A stretch of 64,000 nt of DNA from Candidatus Moraniibacteriota bacterium (GTDB lineage Bacteria > Patescibacteriota > Minisyncoccia > Moranbacterales > GWC2-37-73). Of the stretch, positions 28,516-37,857 are shown in pieces. The DNA is taken from assembly GCA_003507445.1 (NCBI GenBank), contig DNVR01000019.1, forward strand, positions 1,367 through 65,366, given 5' to 3'. The position numbers and the translations under genes were made by a program. The stretch's first letter is position 1, and every line of letters starts with the position of its first letter. The notes beneath the pieces are model-generated. The model was not told where the DNA came from. It did not search any database and saw only the letters and a program-made list of their open reading frames with translations.

Positions 28516-28782
28516 TTATTTTTCTAGTTCTTTTATCTTGTTTCTTATAAATTCTCTACCACGGAAGCTTTTCAGTTGTTTTTCTCTGTCCATTGCTTCT
28601 TTCCTTGTTTCAAATTTTTCATTATAAACCAGTTTCCATTCGCCCTTATTTTTGCTTGTATACGAGGTATTTTTATTTTTCAGTATGCCGTTATGTCTCA
28701 ATAACCTTGTTTTTATGTCGTTTGTTTGGCCTATGTAAATTTTTTCATTCAAGCTATTTTTTATAGCGTATGCAAAGTACAT
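28516..28782 (-). CDS. GIY-YIG (URI) nuclease domain protein, UPF0213/YhbQ-like, 89 aa.
   Basis: YFAYAIKN...KIYIGQTNDIKTRLLRHN...WKLVYNEKFETRKEAMDREKQLK. The longer ORF-track N-terminus (to 28863) would translate a tRNA-like fragment, so it is probably not coding. Confidence 0.65.
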   Translation of the reverse strand: MYFAYAIKNSLNEKIYIGQTNDIKTRLLRHNGILKNKNTSYTSKNKGEWKLVYNEKFETRKEAMDREKQLKSFRGREFIRNKIKELEK

Positions 28783-28794
28783 ATTTTTATAGTT

Positions 28795-28850
28795 GACCGT
28801 CGGCTTAAGAGTTCGCCAGCTGGCGAATCTACCAACTGAGCTAATAACCC
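28795..28850 (-). pseudogene. Chimeric tRNA-Lys(CUU)-like 5' fragment.
   Basis: GGGTTATTAGCTCAGTTGGTAGA + palindrome TTCGCCAGCTGGCGAA + CTCTTAAGCCGACGGTC. Identical to tRNA-Lys except that the anticodon-stem 5' strand is replaced by the palindrome. No T-arm or acceptor 3' strand. Confidence 0.5.
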
Positions 28851-28920
28851 AATTTTTTAACAACTAGCCAAGTATATCAGCTTTCTTACACTTAGTCAAT
28901 CCACATATTTAATATCTTGG

Positions 28921-30246
28921 TTAGTTTTTTTCAGCGGCTCTTGCAATATCACGCAATGTTTTTTTGTATGCTTTCCACTCATCTTCGGACCAATTTGATG
29001 GTTTGGCACTGAGGGTCGGTCCACCCGGATGTGGATATTTATAAGGCGATCCGTATGAACTGTTAAAGACATCTGTGATAAATTCACTGCCATCACTTTT
29101 GAAAACATGTTGAGTGAAGTGTGCTTTGAGTGAGCCATCAGGTTGTCTGTCTGTGGTATATGGTCCATCGACTGTAACTTTTCTCCCATCATCAGTGCCA
29201 TAAAAGCTAAAAGTAAGTTGAGTACCTTCTATTCTTGCTTGAATTAATATGTGATTTGGAGTGTTATTAAGAAATCTTAAGTCTGGATTAGGAACATATA
29301 CCGTAGCATCCATTCCTTGTGGATTGTAATATGAAACTGGATAAGCGTGATTTCTACGCGCTGTTATTTTTAAGCCAGAATAAATGGCCGCCCTAAAAGC
29401 TGTTGAAGAAACTTGGCAAATTCCTCCACCAAATTCAGGCTCCGTTACACCTTGTTTAATTACAAGTTCAGGAAGATAACCATGCTCAGCATCAACCTCG
29501 CCAAGATTTTTCACAAATGAAAATTCCTCTCCTGGTTTAATAAGCAGACCATTAAATCTTTGAGTTGCAACTTTAATGTTGAAAACTCGATTGCCAGGAG
29601 ACCCTTTAAAATTAGAAGTTCCTTCGCCGATAAGAGATGAGATTCCAAGATCATTAACATCTCCATAGTTTGTGTCGGATTTTTTTATGTCAAAAGGCAG
29701 CGCTATGATCTGCTCAGTTTTGAAATTGTATTTATTTAAAGCATCTGTGATAACTTCGAGACTTTTTTCTATGTTGAGAGTTATTCCTTTTTGAGATTCT
29801 GAAAAAGTGACAACTTTGCCATTTTCCACTTTAAATTTTGCATCTATCGGATCTTTATTTACTTTTCTCGCCAAATCTTCAAGGTAGGATTGAATAGTTT
29901 GTGTGTCTATGTTTGGCTGAGAGGATAATTGCAGGTGTTGGCGCTGAATTTTGGTGAGTGTGAGTTCACAAAAAAGTTTGTTAACCGGACAAAATGAAGA
30001 ATTTTCAAATTCTCCTTTTGCGCTTGGTGAAAGTGAAAAAGAAGTGGTATAAAAAACCCACTTATTAAGCAGATCATCCGACACAACTTCCGAATATTGA
30101 TCAACAGAAAGTGTTGTGGTTGGAACGCTGGCTATTTTTGTTACAGCTTGGTCTTCGGCAGCTGAAACTGCACAGCCAATTGTAAGAAAAATTACGATTA
30201 AAAATGCTATATAAGAATATTTACGCATAAGTTTAGCATACTGCAA
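28921..30246 (-). CDS. VanW-family protein (YoaR-like), with signal/transmembrane anchor.
   Basis: VanW core FGGGICQVSSTAFRAAIYSGL. Confidence 0.75.
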   Translation of the reverse strand: MQYAKLMRKYSYIAFLIVIFLTIGCAVSAAEDQAVTKIASVPTTTLSVDQYSEVVSDDLLNKWVFYTTSFSLSPSAKGEFENSSFCPVNKLFCELTLTKIQRQHLQLSSQPNIDTQTIQSYLEDLARKVNKDPIDAKFKVENGKVVTFSESQKGITLNIEKSLEVITDALNKYNFKTEQIIALPFDIKKSDTNYGDVNDLGISSLIGEGTSNFKGSPGNRVFNIKVATQRFNGLLIKPGEEFSFVKNLGEVDAEHGYLPELVIKQGVTEPEFGGGICQVSSTAFRAAIYSGLKITARRNHAYPVSYYNPQGMDATVYVPNPDLRFLNNTPNHILIQARIEGTQLTFSFYGTDDGRKVTVDGPYTTDRQPDGSLKAHFTQHVFKSDGSEFITDVFNSSYGSPYKYPHPGGPTLSAKPSNWSEDEWKAYKKTLRDIARAAEKN

Positions 30247-30273
30247 AATTTGGAATATAACAAGAGTAAAGGC

Positions 30274-30390
30274 AGGTTTTAGGTTCTAGGTATTAGTCTC
30301 TAGAATTTTTTATTAATTAAATAAAAAAGAAGACAACCTGTCTTCTTTTTTATATAAACCTAGCACCTAGAACCTAATACCTGGAACCTG
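30274..30390. repeat. Two inverted (AACCTAR)n heptamer arrays flanking the hsp20 terminator.
   Basis: AGGTTTTAGGTTCTAGGTATTAG ... CCTAGCACCTAGAACCTAATACCTGGAACCTG. Confidence 0.75.
30323..30352. terminator. Bidirectional terminator hairpin, serving hsp20 on the minus strand.
   Basis: AAGAAGACA-acc-TGTCTTCTT flanked by A and T runs. Confidence 0.6.
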
Positions 30391-30393
30391 TCT

Positions 30394-30903
30394 TTAGAAT
30401 CCGCGAACTTGAATACGTTTAATTTTTGTTGTGTCTGCTTTTGGTAGACGGATAGTTAAGATGCCATTTTTAAGTGATGCTTCTGCTTTGTCAGAAATGA
30501 TATCGACAGGAAGAACAACAGAGCGTGAGAAATGACCCCAATAACATTCTTGGTAATAATAGTTTTCGCCGTTTACAATTTCTTCGTTCTTTCTTTCTCC
30601 CTTGATGGTTACCATATCGTTGTTAATCGAAACATCCAAATCTTCAGGCTTCACACCTGCAATGGTTGATTTGATAACAATTTCGGTGTCAGTTTGGTAT
30701 ACATCAATTGTGAGCTGACCTTCTGCGTCAGAAGAAAAATTTTCTTCCTCCACAAAAACAGAGCGTTGAGGTTGAGCGTTCATAATCATTTCAGTTTCTT
30801 CCTCTTCGGCATAGATAGGCATAGTCGATTCTCTTCGCTCGTCTGGCTCAATTGATGTTGCTCCAGTTACGCGCTCAAAAAATGATTTTTTTGTTTTCAA
30901 CAT
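30394..30903 (-). CDS. Hsp20/alpha-crystallin small heat-shock protein.
   Basis: GILTIRLPK...IKRIQVRGF C-terminal signature. Confidence 0.85.
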   Translation of the reverse strand: MLKTKKSFFERVTGATSIEPDERRESTMPIYAEEEETEMIMNAQPQRSVFVEEENFSSDAEGQLTIDVYQTDTEIVIKSTIAGVKPEDLDVSINNDMVTIKGERKNEEIVNGENYYYQECYWGHFSRSVVLPVDIISDKAEASLKNGILTIRLPKADTTKIKRIQVRGF

Positions 30904-31022
30904 AATAAATTTTATGTAAACCCTTGATCAAAATGACCACTGATTTCCCCCTGTTTAAAAATTAAGTTATATGAATATTATATGATGATTTTCAGTCCCG
31001 CGCAAGACCCGTCACTCAAGAG

Positions 31023-31598
31023 CTACGAGTTAAGTTTTTTGTTGATCCTGATGAAATTTATAATATTAATAAGAATCAAAAGTCCAAGTAAGGCAAAAAT
31101 TGCGTAATTTAAGATAGGCGTGCGATTTAGGATTAAAAGGTTATATGCGCTATGGAAAAAAACGACTAGCATTATGGCTTGGATAGCCGTGCTTAGCCTT
31201 TTTGGGTTTTTTATTGCAGTGATATATCCAATAAGACCGGCAGTTCCAATGTGGATGGTTGCAATTTCAGCTAAAAACTTAACATCAGGAATAATACCTG
31301 TTGCTATTATTAAAATCAGTTCAACTGAAAAAAATCCAAGACCAACCAAAAATGAATTTGTAAGATATGATCTTCCAAGAGACAACATTTCTATTCGCCT
31401 GGAAATTACAATATATTTAAAAACTTCTTCCACAAAAACCCCGATGATAATAAACTGGGGGATTATAAAAAGCTCCAAAAAAGAAATGTTAGATGGCTGG
31501 CTGGATCGCATTGAAAAACCGATAAAAATTATTAGCTCCACAATAAGCGCGCCCAATGCTGCGATTATTCCCCAGAAAAATGATTCAAGTTTATGCAT
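31023..31598 (-). CDS. CPBP-family intramembrane glutamic endopeptidase (CAAX protease-like).
   Basis: Motifs EEVFKYIVISRR (EExxxR) and FFHSAYN (HxxxN) in a polytopic membrane protein. The overlapping plus-strand ORF 31120-31683 is rejected. Confidence 0.65.
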   Translation of the reverse strand: MHKLESFFWGIIAALGALIVELIIFIGFSMRSSQPSNISFLELFIIPQFIIIGVFVEEVFKYIVISRRIEMLSLGRSYLTNSFLVGLGFFSVELILIIATGIIPDVKFLAEIATIHIGTAGLIGYITAIKNPKRLSTAIQAIMLVVFFHSAYNLLILNRTPILNYAIFALLGLLILINIINFIRINKKLNS

Positions 31599-31654
31599 AG
31601 AACCAATACTAAACTACGAAATTAATACGAATCTACAAAGATCATTTTTGATGT

Positions 31655-34267
31655 TTATTGCAAAGATGCTAAATGCTTTTTGAGCTCAGCTAATTCAACT
31701 TGTTTTTTGGCTAGAGTTTCTTTTTGTTGAGAAATCACTTGCTCAGGAGCCTTGGACACAAATTCCTTGTTGCCAAGTCTTGCTGCTGAGCCAGCGATAA
31801 ATTTTTCAAGGTTAGCTATTTCTTTTTCAGCTTTGTTTTTTTCTTTTTCAACATCAACAAGACCATCAAGCGGAATTTTTATGATACATTCTCCCACAAC
31901 TCTCTGAATGAAATCGCCAATAAGTATCTCGTTAAATTTGATAACAGAAACTCCTGCTGATTTTTTTATAAAATCTGCGTTGTTTGATATTACTTTTTTG
32001 GATAATTCAGAAGTTGTTTCTACCCAAAGTTCTATTTTTTTGGCGGATTCTATGTTTTTTTCTTTTCTGACATTTCGTATTGTTTTGTTGAGTGATAATA
32101 CAAATGGAAAATATGAAGAGGTTTTTGCCTGCTTGTTTTCTTCGTAAGCTGGCCATTCAGAAATCATCAGCAATTCCTTCTCTCCTGCCAAAGTCCAAAT
32201 GTGTTCCGTCACGAATGGAATAAAAGGATGCCACAATTTGAGCAATTTGTCTAAAACATATCCCAGCATCTTGTCGTTTTTTTCTATTTTTTGAGCTTCA
32301 ATATATCCATCTGCAAATGAATTCCAAGTGAAAGTTTTTAATAAATCAGCTGCAACAGAGATTTGTTTGCTTTCAAATAGTTGATTTGTTTTTCCGATTA
32401 ATTCGTTTAAGCTGTCAGTAATCCAGCGGTCTGCTTCAGAGTTTATATCTTCCTTCGAAATTTCTTCAACTAATTTGAAATTTTCTTGTGAGAGGCAATA
32501 GCGCGAAATGTTCCAAAGTTTGTTGGCAAAATTTCTGAAGGTTTCAATTTTTTCTTCGTATAGACGTGAGTTTTGACCAGGAGCAGAGTCCATAATAAGG
32601 CTCATACGCAATGCATCGGCGCCAAATTTTTCAATAACAGTGAGTGGATCAATCCCATTTCCTCTTGATTTGGAAAATTTGTGTCCATCTTTGTCCAGCA
32701 CTAGTCCAGTGAAAAATAAATTTTTAAAAGGTATTTTTCCTGTCGTATAAAGACTCATCATTATCATTCGCGATGACCAGAAGAATAGAAGATCGCGTCC
32801 CATAACCATTGTGTTTGTTGGATAAAAAGTTTCAAAATCTTTTTCTTTTGATTTTAGTGTAGTGTAAGCCCATTGCCCAGAGGTAAACCAAGTATCAAAA
32901 GTATTTTCATCTCGAGTTAATTTTTTTCCTTGGCAATGAGGACAAGTAGTTGGTTTTTCAAGTGAAACAATATATTTTTCTTGACCGCAATTTTCGCAAT
33001 ACCAAACAGGGAATTGTGGTCCCCACCAAATTTGGCGAGAAATGCACCAGTCGCGCATATTATCAAACCAGTCGATGAGAATTTTTTGAAAATTATTTGG
33101 AAAAATTTCAATTTCATTTTTTTTGATAGCTTCAATCGCTTTCTTTTTTAATGAAAAGTTTTTAGCATCAACATTAATAAACCACTGACTTGAAGTCAAA
33201 GGTTCAATGATGGTTTTGCAACGTTCGCAAATTGAAACGCTGTGCGTCATTTCCTCAATTTTTTCTAGTAAGTTTAATTTTTCTAAATCTTTGACAATTT
33301 CTTCTCTTGCTTCATGTGTGGTAAGTCCTGCATATTTTCCGCCAAGTTCTGTGATCAGTGATTTTTCATCAATAATTTGAATTTCATCTAGTTTGTGATC
33401 CTTGCCGATTTCCCAGTCGAGAGGATCGTGTGAGGGTGTGATTTTTACAGCCCCAGTTCCAAAAGATAAATCAATGCGCTTGTCTGCAATGATTGGGATG
33501 ATTGTGTTTTGCAATGGCAGGACAACATTTTTTCCAACTAATTTTAAATAGCGTTTGTCTTTGGGGTTAACTGCCACTGCAGTGTCTCCCAACATTGTTT
33601 CAGGACGCGTGGTTGCAACTGTAATAAATTCGTTTGAATTTTCAATTGGATATTTGATAAAATATAATTTCCCAGGAGTTTCCTTGTGCAGAACTTCCAC
33701 ATCAGAAAGAGCAGTGCCGCAGCGCGGGCACCAATTGATGATTCTTTTACCTTTATAAATCAAACCGTCTTCGTGCATTTTCACAAAAGTTTCAAGTGCG
33801 GTTTTGAGCACATCAGGGTCAAGCGTGAATTTTTCTCGTGACCAATCAGCAGAGATGCCAATCTTTTTTTCTTGGCTACGCATATAGTTGGCGCGATCAA
33901 TACAAAAGGCATAAGTTTTTTTGTAAAAATCTTCTCGTCCAATTTCTTGGCGAGAAAGTCCAAGTTCGGCTTGCAATTTTTTTTCAAAAACAACTTGAGT
34001 TTGAATCCCAGCATGATCTTTCCCAGGCAAAAGTAAAGTTTTTTTGCCGTTCATTCGAGCGTAGCGACCAAAAATATCCATCACAGTGTATCCACTGGCA
34101 TGCCCGATGTGCAGTTCGCCGTTAGCATTTGGTGGTGGAAGAATGTTGCAATAGTTCCCACTCGTATTTTTCAGATTTTCCGGCGCAAAAAAACCGCTCT
34201 TTTCCCAGCGCGCATAAATTTCATTCTCAACTTTTTGCGGTTCATATATTTTTGGAAGTTCTTTCAT
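31655..34267 (-). CDS. valS: Valine--tRNA ligase.
   Basis: HIGH motif PNANGELHIGHA, KMSKS motif KFSKSRGN, C-terminal coiled coil. Confidence 0.95.
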   Translation of the reverse strand: MKELPKIYEPQKVENEIYARWEKSGFFAPENLKNTSGNYCNILPPPNANGELHIGHASGYTVMDIFGRYARMNGKKTLLLPGKDHAGIQTQVVFEKKLQAELGLSRQEIGREDFYKKTYAFCIDRANYMRSQEKKIGISADWSREKFTLDPDVLKTALETFVKMHEDGLIYKGKRIINWCPRCGTALSDVEVLHKETPGKLYFIKYPIENSNEFITVATTRPETMLGDTAVAVNPKDKRYLKLVGKNVVLPLQNTIIPIIADKRIDLSFGTGAVKITPSHDPLDWEIGKDHKLDEIQIIDEKSLITELGGKYAGLTTHEAREEIVKDLEKLNLLEKIEEMTHSVSICERCKTIIEPLTSSQWFINVDAKNFSLKKKAIEAIKKNEIEIFPNNFQKILIDWFDNMRDWCISRQIWWGPQFPVWYCENCGQEKYIVSLEKPTTCPHCQGKKLTRDENTFDTWFTSGQWAYTTLKSKEKDFETFYPTNTMVMGRDLLFFWSSRMIMMSLYTTGKIPFKNLFFTGLVLDKDGHKFSKSRGNGIDPLTVIEKFGADALRMSLIMDSAPGQNSRLYEEKIETFRNFANKLWNISRYCLSQENFKLVEEISKEDINSEADRWITDSLNELIGKTNQLFESKQISVAADLLKTFTWNSFADGYIEAQKIEKNDKMLGYVLDKLLKLWHPFIPFVTEHIWTLAGEKELLMISEWPAYEENKQAKTSSYFPFVLSLNKTIRNVRKEKNIESAKKIELWVETTSELSKKVISNNADFIKKSAGVSVIKFNEILIGDFIQRVVGECIIKIPLDGLVDVEKEKNKAEKEIANLEKFIAGSAARLGNKEFVSKAPEQVISQQKETLAKKQVELAELKKHLASLQ

Positions 34268-34376
34268 GTTTTTTCTTTATATAAAAGCTTTAATATGTAT
34301 CTATCTTAGCAGGATAAGGGATATTTTTCAAGAATGTAAATGCGGAAAGGGCGATTGTGATACAATCGCCCTTTTT

Positions 34377-34700
34377 TTAGGGTTGCGTTAATTCCTCAAT
34401 TATCGCATCTCTTAGCTCCTGCGAAAGTGAGGACTTTTGAATTTGCAACACAAATAATTCAATGTCTTTTCCGAGAGTCTCCGTTATGAATGTTGACAGG
34501 AGAATTTGAGGTTGCAAATCTTTGCTGTCGGAAAATATTTCTCCGAGCTGTTGAATGTAATGGCCTGTAGCATTCATTGCTACATCTTTCTTAAATATGC
34601 CAGCACATTCATTGATGGATCTGATTAGTGAGGGATCTCCATTAGTAACCACATAGACTTGATAAAGCATTCTTGCAATCGTGCTCATTTTAGGTCTCAT
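34377..34700 (-). CDS. Hypothetical protein, 107 aa.
   Basis: ORF only. Confidence 0.3.
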   Translation of the reverse strand: MRPKMSTIARMLYQVYVVTNGDPSLIRSINECAGIFKKDVAMNATGHYIQQLGEIFSDSKDLQPQILLSTFITETLGKDIELFVLQIQKSSLSQELRDAIIEELTQP

Positions 34701-34760
34701 GTCGACCCTCCTTTTAAGTTGCTAGTATCATGGTATATCTATATCTATCTTTGCACATAT

Positions 34761-35927
34761 CTATTTCATTTTCAAGTTGGCAGCTGGCTGAATTGTTTTC
34801 CAACCATCAAGAGCCTTTTTCTTTTGCACTTCTGACATTTTTTCCCAGCGAAAAGATGTTGCAGCTGCAATCATGGCAGCATTGTCGCCAGTCAGATTGG
34901 TATTTGGTATTTGGTATTTGGTATTTGGCAGAGATTGTTGAATTGCGATTTGCAATTGCTCGCGAAGTTCGGTGTTGGCGCTGACGCCTCCGGCCAGTAA
35001 AATTGTTTTAGGATTGTAAAGCTCAGCAGCTTTCAAGGTTTTTGCAATAAGAACATCTATACAGGCTTGTTGAAATTCGTGGCAAACTTCGGCAATATAT
35101 TTTTTATTTTTCAATAAATCAGGATTCTTTTTCGTTTCATATAAAACAGCAGTCTTGAGCCCAGAAAAAGAAAAATTAAAATTTTTCTTGTGCAGCATCG
35201 GACGAGGGAATTTTATTTCATATTTTGAATTACTTTCAACTTTCAACTTTCGACTTTTAACTTGTGTCGCACATCGTGCGACAGCTGGACCACCTGGGTA
35301 ACCTATATTTAAAATGCGGGCGACCTTGTCAAAAGCTTCTCCAACTGCATCATCCACGGTTTGTCCGATTATTTCATATTGCAAATGATCTTTCATTAAA
35401 ATAAGTTGTGTATGACCGCCCGATACGACCAAGCATAAAATTGGGAAATTAATTTTTGGTGATTTTCGATTTTCGATTTTCGATTTTCGATTGGTTATTT
35501 TTGGATTTTCAATCGCCAATCGTAATTCGTCATTTGACAATTGTTTTATGAAATTGGCGTAGATGTGTCCCTCAATATGATGAATTCCAATTAGGGGCTT
35601 TTCCCAGAGATAGGAGAGGGTTTTGGCATAGTTAACCCCCACTAGAAGTGCAGGAATAAGCCCAGGACCACTTGTGACACTGATTGCATCCAACTGGCTT
35701 GGCGTTATTTGCGCCTCTTCCAGAGCCATTTTCAGAAGCTTGGGGAAGTTTTTGAGGTGTTCTCTGGCTGCAAGATTTGGCACAACTCCGCCCCATTTGG
35801 CATGTAATTTTACTTGAGATGAAACTTGGTTTGTAAGAACCCTGAGCCCCTTTTTTGAACTGCACAAAATAGCGATAGCTGTTTCATCGCAGGAGGTTTC
35901 TATGGAAAGTATTAGGGTATTTGACAT
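34761..35927 (-). CDS. tsaD: tRNA N6-adenosine threonylcarbamoyltransferase TsaD (Kae1 family), carrying three in-frame heptamer-repeat insertions.
   Basis: LSIETSCDETAIAI, VSGGHTQL and DNAAMIA match TsaD. Insert peptides NPKITNRKSKIENRKSPKIN, KSRKLKVESNSKYEIK and LPNTKYQIPNTN are encoded by 7-nt tandem repeats. Start taken at MSNTLIL; the ORF track offers an earlier Met at 35960. Confidence 0.85.
   Translation of the reverse strand: MSNTLILSIETSCDETAIAILCSSKKGLRVLTNQVSSQVKLHAKWGGVVPNLAAREHLKNFPKLLKMALEEAQITPSQLDAISVTSGPGLIPALLVGVNYAKTLSYLWEKPLIGIHHIEGHIYANFIKQLSNDELRLAIENPKITNRKSKIENRKSPKINFPILCLVVSGGHTQLILMKDHLQYEIIGQTVDDAVGEAFDKVARILNIGYPGGPAVARCATQVKSRKLKVESNSKYEIKFPRPMLHKKNFNFSFSGLKTAVLYETKKNPDLLKNKKYIAEVCHEFQQACIDVLIAKTLKAAELYNPKTILLAGGVSANTELREQLQIAIQQSLPNTKYQIPNTNLTGDNAAMIAAATSFRWEKMSEVQKKKALDGWKTIQPAANLKMK
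34898..34922. repeat. Heptamer tandem repeat (TTGGTAT)n inside the tsaD CDS.
   Basis: 3.5 copies, in frame. Confidence 0.9.
35233..35263. repeat. Heptamer tandem repeat (CTTTCAA/CTTTCGA)n inside the tsaD CDS.
   Basis: About 4 copies, in frame. Confidence 0.85.
35461..35492. repeat. Heptamer tandem repeat (GATTTTC)n inside the tsaD CDS.
   Basis: 4.5 perfect copies, in frame overall. Confidence 0.9.
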
Positions 35928-36032
35928 AAGTATGGTATTATTGTAGTATTCAACTTCCAATTAATGGCTTTGGGACACAATAATTTTCAGACGTTTCGCG
36001 TAGTAGTAATAATCGTTAAGCGATTTTACCAT

Positions 36033-36806
36033 ATGGCAACGAAAATGAAAAGCCTAATCAAAAAGCCGATTTTGCGCAGCACTGCGCTTTTGCAAGGCGC
36101 TGCCAAACAACCAATTCTCTTTAGACGTAAGAACGATTTGTCCTGGAAAAATTCTGATTCGCAGACAATTCTGAAAGAAGTTTTGGTGCAACAAGACAGC
36201 CCAATTTTTTTCAGAAGAAATGCTGATTTGGATCGCTTGAAAGATTTGAGCGACAATGATCTTATCGTTGTTATCCGCGCGCAAAACAGGGAAGCATACA
36301 AGGAACTTTTTGCTCGTTATCAAAAAAAACTCTTCGTCTATATTTTTCATTTGGTTGGAAACAGAGATGAAACTGAGGATATTTTGCAGAATGTTTTTTC
36401 CAAGACATATAAAAGCATTGAACATTTTGATACTGCACGAAAATTTTCTTCTTGGATATATCGTATCGCGCACAACGAGTCAGTGAATTTTTTGAAAAGA
36501 AAAAGCAAGAGATATACAGTTTCTTGGGATGACATTTCAACAAGCAAGGACAAATTGGACACAGCAACAAATGAAGAGCGACCTGAAGAAAAAATGGAGC
36601 ATCAAGAAATCGTGAAAGAAATAGACTACGCTTTGAAAAAAATTCCTGCAAGGTATCAAAAAGTTTTGCAGATGCGATATTTTGACGAATATTCTTACGA
36701 AGAAATTGGAAAAATTCTCAAAAAACCCGTTAACACAGTCGGAACACTCATCAATAGAGCCAAAAAGAAGCTGCTTGAAGTGGTGCAGGAAGAAGAGCGA
36801 AAATAG
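36033..36806 (+). CDS. RNA polymerase sigma factor, sigma-70/ECF-like, with N-terminal extension.
   Basis: Region 2 ILQNVFSKTYKSIEHFDTARKFSSWIYRIAHNESVNFLKR; region 4 YEEIGKILKKPVNTVGTLINRAKKKL. Divergent from tsaD. Confidence 0.75.
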   Translation: MATKMKSLIKKPILRSTALLQGAAKQPILFRRKNDLSWKNSDSQTILKEVLVQQDSPIFFRRNADLDRLKDLSDNDLIVVIRAQNREAYKELFARYQKKLFVYIFHLVGNRDETEDILQNVFSKTYKSIEHFDTARKFSSWIYRIAHNESVNFLKRKSKRYTVSWDDISTSKDKLDTATNEERPEEKMEHQEIVKEIDYALKKIPARYQKVLQMRYFDEYSYEEIGKILKKPVNTVGTLINRAKKKLLEVVQEEERK

Positions 36807-36893
36807 TTAAACTATTGATTTATTTTTTGTTTGTGTTAAACTATCCACTGTTACTGTTTTAAAGGCTTTTTGAGCTTTTTTTATTTAAATAAT

Positions 36894-36965
36894 GGCGCCA
36901 TCGTCTAGTGGTTAGGACACCAGGTTTTCATCCTGGTAACAGGGGTCCGATTCCCCTTGGCGCTA
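36894..36965 (+). tRNA. tRNA-Glu(TTC).
   Basis: GGCGCCATCGTCTAGTGGTTAGGAC...CCAGGTTTTCATCCTGG...GGGGTCCGATTCCCCTTGGCGCTA. Confidence 0.8.
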
Positions 36966-36974
36966 CACTCTTCA

Positions 36975-37003
36975 AAAAGAGGCTTGTAAAGCCTCTTTTT
37001 TGT
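36975..37003 (+). terminator. Terminator after tRNA-Glu.
   Basis: AGAGGCTT-gta-AAGCCTCT followed by TTTTTT. Confidence 0.7.
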
Positions 37004-37102
37004 ATTGACTAATTAGCCAAAATATGCTATTCTTATGCGTTGTACCTGAACAAAAGAATATTCAATTCACATATTCCAAACAACCACGAAAAGGAGAATG
37101 TC

Positions 37103-37843
37103 ATGGACAAAAAATTAGTGGAAAAGAGAAATTCTTTCATTACAGTAGCGGTTGAAAATGCATCCCTTCAAGCACTTGTTGCACTCGTGCTTGCGCCTGC
37201 CACAATGGCGCAGAAAGTCGACAATGAAATCAAGAAAAGGATTTCTGAAGACGGAAACGATTGCAAGGAAATTCCTCACTGGATTAAACTTTTCACTTCG
37301 ATGGGTTCAACACTTGCAGACACGCACACGAAAGATTTCTTCAAGGTTCTTCACGATAGTGACTATGCCTTCTCCATGATTGACCTGAAAAACTTTCTGT
37401 TTGCCTTCGGCATCGGAAGGAGCCACAGCGACAAGGTCAACAAGCTTTTCCTTCAGCACGAACACACCAGCGAAAGTGATATACTCGAAGTTATCGACAA
37501 ACTTTCGCCCATGAGCCGTGAGTATTTTTTCAAGAAATACCTGCCCGAAGGACGACTTTCAAGACTTGGTTATGCTCACTGCATGAAGTACCGAGAAATT
37601 GGCAGTGACGCTATGAAAAGTTTCGAAAGTATATCCAGTGAAAATGATGACATGGAAGAGTTGAAGAAGCACATGCTCGCAGCTCTCTGCAACAGGGACA
37701 TCCACGAGAATGTCTTCGATTTCATGCTCACACTGAAAATGCTTTCGCGGGAGGAAGTGACTGCTCTCTCCGAGCAAGACGGTATGAAACAGCTCGCGAA
37801 ACGCGCTCTAAAAAACAATTTGGAACCTCGTGAAGAGGATTAG
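37103..37843 (+). CDS. Hypothetical protein, 247 aa, first gene of the tRNA-Glu islet.
   Basis: RBS AAAGGAGAA before the ATG; GC about 45%; no recognisable motifs. Confidence 0.45.
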   Translation: MDKKLVEKRNSFITVAVENASLQALVALVLAPATMAQKVDNEIKKRISEDGNDCKEIPHWIKLFTSMGSTLADTHTKDFFKVLHDSDYAFSMIDLKNFLFAFGIGRSHSDKVNKLFLQHEHTSESDILEVIDKLSPMSREYFFKKYLPEGRLSRLGYAHCMKYREIGSDAMKSFESISSENDDMEELKKHMLAALCNRDIHENVFDFMLTLKMLSREEVTALSEQDGMKQLAKRALKNNLEPREED

Positions 37844-37857
37844 AAAGGGAGAGCATT

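Noticed and set aside
31120-31683. Plus-strand ORF overlapping the CPBP protease gene.
   Set aside because: The minus-strand frame carries the CPBP EExxxR/HxxxN motifs, so the plus frame is the shadow.
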